Virus record (IMG/VR): IMGVR_UViG_3300022925_000015
Strand: one strand, 5' to 3'
Source of the DNA: an uncultured virus (IMG/VR IMGVR_UViG_3300022925_000015)
Lineage: Duplodnaviria; Heunggongvirae; Uroviricota; Caudoviricetes
Length of the DNA stretch: 64,000 nucleotides
In this document: piece after piece, positions 11,001 to 20,000 of the stretch
Numbering within the stretch: the stretch's first letter is position 1
Layout: the number at the start of each line of letters is the position of its first letter
Notes under the pieces: generated by a model
What the model saw: the letters and a program-made list of their open reading frames with translations, nothing else
What the model was told of the DNA's origin: nothing
The model's database searches: none
Program-made: the position numbers and the translations under genes

Positions 11001-14000
11001 ATTAGAGAATATGTTTCTACATCATTTAGTTATGTGCCACCTACACCTACTTCATTAGGTTTATACAAAAAGTATACACCAAAAAAGTTTATTGACGACA
11101 CATATTTAGAACCAAGAGAAGTTATACAAGGACACGATGGTAGTATTACACAAGCCTACGGTGACTTCCGTGATGACTTAATACTAGAACTTGAATATAG
11201 AATTTACAATAATATTAAAAATAATTATGACGAAAATGTTTTTGATATTGATAGTGTAATCGGCAGTTACTATCATAGAACAGACTTTACTAAATCAAAT
11301 GTCGACGACATTGTTAACCAAGAATTTTTAAAGTGGGTAGCAGATACTAATTTAGGTTACACACTTAATACATATTTTGATAGTGAAGAACCATTTACAT
11401 ATACATATAACCAAATGGCAAGTCCAGACGGTAAAGAATCTTTACCTGGTTGGTGGAGAGGAGTATACAAATACTACTATGACACAGACCGTCCTCACTC
11501 TCATCCTTGGGAATGTTTAGGTTTTACAGAAAAGCCAAGTTGGTTTGATACAGAATACGGTGAAGCACCATACACTAATGGTAATTTATTATTATGGGAA
11601 GATATCAGAGATGGTAAAATATGTCAAGGCGAGAGAGCAGGCACATATCCACGCTATGCAAGAACAAGCATTCTAAGCCATATTCCATCAGACGCAGATG
11701 GTAACTTAGTAGATCCATTAACAAGCGGACTTGCACAAAACTTTGTATTGTTTAACAATCAAGGTAGTTTTAAAATTGGTGATATAGGTCCTGTTGAATA
11801 TGCTTGGCGTTCAAGTTCAGAGTTTCCTTTTGCAATAACAATTGCAATGTGTTTGTTGAAACCGTTTGAATTTATTATTAGTAATTTTGATAGAGCTCAA
11901 ACAAAGCGTAATATTCTAAATCAAATTGTTGACAAGACAACAGAAACATTTATCACTCCGGCAGAACTAGAGTTACCAGTTGCTGGAGCAAAACAAACTA
12001 GCGGCTTGGCAAACTATATTACATCATATGTAAAAAGTAGAGGTTTAGAAGTAGCAGATGTACAAGAAGATATAACACATATTAATGTAAGACTGTCATC
12101 TAGACTAAGTGGATTTGTTGATCAAGAACAGCAAAAATATTCTGTAGATAGTAAAAATCCTAAGTCGTCTTCAAGTAATGCACTTATTCCAAATGAAAAC
12201 TTTAACATTATATTTGATGTAAGTTCTCCTATTGCTACATTAACTTATAGCGGTATGATATTTGAAAAAACTTCTATGGGTTGGACAGTATCTGGTTATG
12301 ACGATGTTAAACCTTACTTTGAATATTATGAAGCAGTAGCGAATCAAAAGGATCCTGTAATTAGTATTGGCGGATTGAGTGAAGCATTTAGTTTATGGGA
12401 ACCTAACAAATTATTTGCTAATGGATCTATTGTTGAAAATAGAGGTACATATTTTAGAGCAAAAGAATCTCATACTTCGTCAGAATCATTTGATGAAATG
12501 TTTTGGACAAAATTACCTGCACTTCCTGTTGTAGGAGCAACGACAGCACAAAGACGTAGAAACTTTAACACAACTACAATTCGAAGATTATCATACGGTG
12601 AACAGTTTACTACCATACAACAGGTTGCAGATTTTATCATAGGTCATCAAGAATTTCTTAAAGCAAGTGGTTTTGTATTTGACAACTACGATGGTACAAC
12701 ACAGTCTGTTCAAGACTGGACAACTGCACTTAAAGAATTTATGTTTTGGACACAGCACAATTGGGCTGTAGGGTCATTACTTACAGTAAGTCCAGGCGCA
12801 CAAAAACTTACAATTAATGTACCTGTTGGTGTTGCAGATAATCTACTTGATGGATTTTACGAATACAATGTGTTAGGTAGTAACGGTGTTCCGTTAGATA
12901 CTAGCAACATAAATGTTAACAGACAGTTTCAAGAATTTATAATCACAACTACTGACACAGAAGATGGATTATACTATCTAAAAGTAAATCTTGTACTTAA
13001 AGAACACGTTACAGTTTTTGACGATAGAACTGTATTCAATGACGTAATTTTTGATAAGCCTAGTGGTTATAGACAAGAAAGAATTAGATCACAAGGTTTT
13101 AGGACAGTTGATTGGGATGGCGATTATACAAGTCCAGGCTTTATTTTTGATAATGTTAATATTGTTGCGTGGCAGCCATTTAGAAATTATAAACTAGGTG
13201 ATATTGTTCAGTATAGATCATCTAATTACACCAGTTTGCGTACACATACTAGTGATCAAGAATTCAATGCTAGTAATTGGACAATATTAGATAGCGAACC
13301 TAAAAAACAATTAATTCCAAACTTTGATTATAGAATTAATCAAATAGAAGATTATTTTAATGTAGATAGCGAAGGACTTGGCAAAAGCCAAAGAGATCTT
13401 GCTAGACATACTGTAGGTTATCAAACTAGAGAATATTTAGAATCTATTGCAGAAGATCCAATTACACAGTTTCAATTGTATCAAGGCTTTATTAGAGAGA
13501 AAGGAAGTAAAAATCCTATTAGTAAAGTTTTTAACAAAGCCACTAATAGTGTAAACGGTGTACAGTTAGACGAGCAGTGGGCATTTAAAGTTGGAACACT
13601 AGGCGGTGATGCGCAATCTTATAATATTGAACTGTCACTAGACACAGATCAATTTAAAGTTAATCCGCAGCCTGTAGTAATTACACCTGAAAAAGGAGAT
13701 TTCTTAGATAGGTATTACAGAGTAAATCAAAGCAACTTTGATTATGCTCCTATACCTTACACAGATAATATCAATCCTGTAACAGATAATGCAAAGCCTA
13801 CACAAACAGCAGGCTATGTCAAGTTAGGACAAACAGAATATGTTATTAAACATTTTTCAGATATTAGTACTGAATTAGATGTTAACACAGTTAGTAACAA
13901 TGAACACATATGGATAACATTTAGCGGACCTACTTGGACAGTAAAAAGAATTAATGTAGCATTTGAATTACCGATACTTTCAGTAGTTCAAGAAAATACA

Positions 14001-17000
14001 ACAGTAACTATTGACTTCGGAAAACGTCATAACTTTGCTGTTGATGATTATATTGGTGTTAAGAACTTAGAAGACATTTCAGGGTTCTATCAGATTACAG
14101 CAATCACTAATAACACAGTTACATACGAACTTACAGAGAAAGCACCTAAAGCAGATTATAATACTAGCACAGCAGTATATCCTATATATTTCTCTGACGT
14201 AAGATATAATTCTTACAACGATATAAGTGAAGAAGAAATTGCTTTACTTCAAAACAAATCTAAATTATGGATTGACCATAATGGCGAATTGAAATGGGAA
14301 GTAGTAGAAAAGAATAAAATTTATACAGACAAAAAGATTACAAACTATGGTTTATCAGAACCAGTAAGAGTTGGTGAAAAAGTACTTTACAATCCTGCAC
14401 TGAAACAAGTGTTTGCTAGTGCATCGGCTACGCCGCGTGTAATGGTGTATTTAGAAACAGCACAAGGTCTTTCTGTCAAACAAATTTTACAACCACCAGA
14501 TGCATTTATTGATGGCAACATCAATTCATTTGGTTTAGAACTTGCTATTAGTCCTGACAGCAAATGGTTAGCAGTTGGCTCGCCTAAAGCAACAGGTATT
14601 AGTAGCAATTATAGAGGCGAATATAACCCTTACGTAAATTATGGTATAGGTCAAATTGTACTATTTTCAGGTAGGTTATGGAAATCAAAAGTTGATATTG
14701 CAGCAGACGGCAGCAGTATAAACATATACTCCGAAGATTGGGAACAAGTTAAATCAATAGAAGCAGTTGAGTTTGGTTCCAATGACGGAGAAACACAAAT
14801 GGGTAGTGTTACATTATATGAATGGACACTGAATCAATGGAACTATAGAACAACATTGCTCAGCCCACGCTTAGATGCGTTTGAAGAATTTGGACACGCA
14901 ATAGCAATTAGTAAAACTGCTACCGGTTATGGTATGGCAGTAAGTGCTCCAGGATCTTTACACGCTAAAGGTAGAGTATGGTTATACCATTATACTGAAG
15001 CAACAGGTTGGGAAACAATTCAAAACACGAACTATGTCGGTGAATATAATCCGGGCGAAATATTTTTTGAAGGTCAAATAGATAATGATATTTTAACTGT
15101 GAAAGATACAGGTGATAGTACACCTATCGCAGGCAAGTTAAAAAGTGGTGCCAGTGTTACTGGTACGGGAGTATTAGATGGAACATATATTCTGGAGCAG
15201 CTCGATTGGCCTGTTTCAGATGATGGAACTGTCCATACCGAAAAGGGTGGAGTCGGAACTTATAGAGTTTCAAAAAATCATACTACCCCTACTGAAAGTG
15301 TTAGAATGCAATCCAACTATTTTTATCCGTCGGGTTCAGTCGTTACTTACAATGGGAAGTTTTGGCAAGCGCAGTATGATACCTACGGGGATGGCAGTAC
15401 AATTAGTATAGACTCTAATGAGTGGGCACAACTTGATGCAGTTGCCACTCAAGCATCGCTGCCACAATCCGTTGCATTAGAAGATGATGGTTCTAGTTTA
15501 TTCACAGGGTTGCTTACCGACGGACAGGTTAATGAACTAGTAATGAATGGCACAAGGTTTGGCTCTTCATTGTCAATGAGCTATGATGGTAATGTATTAG
15601 TTGTCGGTGCACCAGATGCAGACAACCAGTTCTTCCCCAACTATAAAGGTGTGTGGAGACCAGACTATGAATACATTCAAGGAGATGTTGTAAAATATCA
15701 AAACGCATATCATAGATTATCTAACATTGGCCCGTCACAGGTACCGCAAGACAGTACAATTAGAAGTTATAACGAAGATCCAAGTAATGGTTATCCTTGG
15801 GTAGATGCAGGAGATAGTACACCAAGCATTACAGGCAAGATGTTTGTATACAGAAAAGATGCCAGTGGCAACTATAACTTGTTACAAACTGTCGCTGCTG
15901 ATAACTTAGATAGTTTCAACGATTTAGATCAAGCACACCCAGACATAATGGCAGCAGGTGATAAGTTTGGTTATGCGGTTGCAGTAGATTACTCTGGAAA
16001 CAACATTGTTGTAAGTAGTCCTCAAGCAGATATCAACTATCAAAATCAAGGTAGTGCATACATATTTGAATACAAAAATGATTCAAGTGTGTATGAATAT
16101 CGTATTACACAGAAACTTGAAAGTTTTGAAAAGTTTCCAAATGAATTCTTTGGACAATCGATTTGCATTAGTCCTAACACAAGCGTAATTGCAATTGGTG
16201 CAAACAATAGCCCGTATGTGCAAACAACTATTTTTGATAATTCTCAAACGTCATTTGATGAAGGACGTTCAACATTTAAAAACTTTGAAGGATTTACAGG
16301 TAGTGTTTATGTATTTGAGAAGAAAGAACATACATATTATCTAACTGAAAAACTAGATGCTGATTTATCACTAAATGAATCCTTTGGTACTTCAGTAAGT
16401 TGTGAGAAAAATGTTGTTGTAGTAGGATCACCTGATTACATTGAACCTATTACAGAAGATAATAACATTGTTTTCACTGGTACTAAAGTTGGAATGGTAA
16501 GACTATTCAAAAAACCAGATGGTGTAAGTCCATTAACAGTAATTGCAGAACAACCGCAACACACTGACTTAGAACAAATTAAGCGTATAGCACTTTATGA
16601 AAAACAAGATGATGTTAAAATACAGGATTTAGAATTTTTTGATCCTGCAAAACTAAAAATTGTTAACCGTGCTGAAAGAGAAATTACATACAAAGTTCCA
16701 TTTGATCCAGCAGTGTACACAATAGGCAATGAAAATGTAACTGTTGACCAAGAAATTTCTTGGAACAATGGTAAGAACATTGGCAAACTATGGTGGAACA
16801 TTGCAAATGCTAAGTGGATTGATTATGAGCAAGGTGATATTGCATATAGAACAAGTAATTGGGGCGCACAAGCAGTAGGAAGTACTATTGACATTTACGA
16901 ATGGGTAGAATCTAAACTACTTCCAAGCGAATGGGCAGTACTTGCAGACACAGCAGAAGGACTAAACTTAGATATAAGTGGTCAACCACTTTATCCAGAC

Positions 17001-20000
17001 GATACAGTAATGGCAGTCAAAACTGTTCTTAATACAAATACAGGCCTTCCAACAGAATCACGTTACGGTTATTGGGTAAGAAACAAAACAACTGCGCCTA
17101 AAAATGTACTTGGTAGATCAATTAGTGCTTCTACAGTGTCTAGTTTAATAAGCACACCTGGAGCAGTTGGAAATACACTACTTGCACTTGTTGATAAGAA
17201 TAAATTTTTGTTTTACAACTATACTAACCTTGTAAATTCAGATCAAACTATTCTTAATATTGAATATTATACAGATAAAGATAGTAAAAATGCTGTACAC
17301 AACGAATATCAACTGTTAACTGAAGGTGTTGAAGACAGTATACCTACAGAAAAACTAGAAACAAAATGGTTAGACAGTTTAGTAGGTTATGACAAAGTTG
17401 GAAATAGAGTTCCTGACACATCATTACCTGACAAGCAGAAGTATGGTATTAGTTTCCGCCCAAGACAAAGTATGTTTGTTAACAATAGAAAAATTTTACA
17501 AATTTTAATTAAAAATATTAACAGCATTCTTAAAGAACAGGCTTTCGCAGATACTATTAGTTACAATAATCTTAATAGTGTTGATCCTGCACCTAGTGAT
17601 TTGCTAAAATTATATGATACTAAAGTTGCATTTTACAGCGATCTAGAAACTGTAGGTACTATCAGAGTTAAGAAAGCGCAACTATCTGTTAATATTATTG
17701 ATAGTGAAATTAATAGTATCACAATTACTGATCCAGGCTACGGATATAAGGTTGCACCTAATGTAGAATTTGAAGGTGATGGTACAGGTGCAATTGCAAC
17801 TACCACAATTGATACACAAGGTAGAATTAGCAGTGTTACAGTTGTAGCAAGTGGTAAAAAATACAGTTACGCAATTGCAAAAGTCAGAAACTTCAGTGTG
17901 CTTGTTGAAAACGACAGCACAGCAAACAATTACTGGAGTGTATATGCTTGGGACGATGTAAGACAGATATTCTTTAGAAGTAGATCACAAGCATTTGATA
18001 CTACAAGATACTGGTCAAAAGTTGATTGGTGGAAAACAGGATACGGCGAAACTTCTAGAGTAGTAAAAGAAATATTAAGTGTGTATCAAGAACCAACAGT
18101 AGACCTTCAGCAAGGCGACTTGTTAAGAATAAGTGAATATGGTGCCGGCGGTTGGGCTGTGTTTGAAAGACAAGAAGGTGAACCTAATGGTATACTGCTT
18201 TCAAACTATGTTTTAGTTGGTAGAGAAAGAGGAACTATTGAACTTTTAGACACACTATGGAATACAAGAACAAGTGGTATTGGCTTTGATATTGTTGATA
18301 GTTTTGATGCAGGATTATATGACAAAGAAGTTGCAATTGAATTAAGAAATATTCTTACAGCAATTAAAGAAGAAGTATTTGTAGGAGATTATGCAGCAGA
18401 ATGGAACAAACTATTCTTTACAAGCATAAGATATGTATTCAACGAACAGACTTATGTTGACTGGGCATTCAAAACAAGTTTTATAAATGCTGTACACAAT
18501 GTTGGCGCATTTAAAACAACACCTACATATAAAAATGACAGTCTAACTGCTTACTTAGATTATATTAATGAAATTAAACCTTACAGAACAACAGTAAAAG
18601 AGTTTGTAAGTAAGTATAATCAATTAGAAACAAGTTACACTTCAACTACAGACTTTGATTTGCCTCCGGTATACAGCATTAAAGAAGGTAAAATTATTAA
18701 TGTTGACGAAAACAATGAACTTATAAACACATATCCTTACACACAGTGGCGTGATAACAAAGGATTTGGTATTACTGATATACAAGTTAGTAATCCTGGT
18801 GCAGGTTACACTGGCATTCCAAGTGTTCTTATTGATGGAAATGGTTCAGGTGCAAAAGCAACAGCATATGTTTCTAATGGCAAAGTAAGTGGTATTGTTG
18901 TTAACGAACAAGGCAGTGGTTATACACTTACACCAACAATTACTATTGTAGGTGGTAATGGTAGCAATAACAATGATGCAAAAGCAGTTGCTATTTTAGG
19001 TAACGGCAAAGTAAGAACAAACAATGTTACAGTGAAATTTGACAGATTGTCTAAAGATGGCAAGTTTTCAAACTTTGATTTTGTGCAAACATTTACAGCA
19101 TCAGGTGCAAGTTCAGTGTTTGAACTATTATATCCTGCAACTGTAAACAAAAACAATATTGACATACTAAAAGACGGACAAGTTGTACTAGATAACGAAT
19201 ACGCTGTTACACTTTACAGACAGAAAATTGATTTAGAAAATGTACTACGTTGCAGAATTACATTTAAAGAGAATCCTGTACAAGGAAGTATTATAAAAAT
19301 TACATATGCTAAGAACGATGAGATCTTAGATAGTGTTAACAGAATAGAAAAATATTATAATCCAGGTGTAGGTATGGCAGGTAAAGAACTACATCAGTTA
19401 ATGACTGGTATAGACTTTGGCGGAGTGCTTGTACAAGGTACAACATTTGATGTTACAGGTGGTTGGGACGCACTTCCTTGGTTTACAGACAGTTGGGACA
19501 GTGTTGAAGCAGCAGCAGATCATTATGTTGTGTGTGATGGCAGTACAAACTTTGTAACTTTACCGTATGCACCAATTGAAGGACAGCAAATAAACATTTA
19601 TTTGAAACGTGCAGGTATCGAACGCCTACCAACTATTGATAATTTACAATATTCAGGAGCAGTTGCTGAACCACCAACACATAGAATAGACGATCCTAAC
19701 TATGATGATAACTGGGATAGCAGTGTTGCAACTAATCCACACGCTCAAATGCCAACATTTATTGGAGACGGCAGTACTAAAACTATTGAGATAGGGGATT
19801 ATGTACAAACTAATGACGGTGATATATTAATTTTCCGTCCTTCAAGTTCAGATGGTTCTGTAACTATTAATGATCCAAATCTGGTTGACACAAACCTATC
19901 GGGCGGAACGCTGTCCGCTGTTAGCGGCGCTTACGCTACCGCTGCCGGCACAGCCGCAGAAGAAATTAATATTGACGGAAGCGCATTTACTACACCTGAC

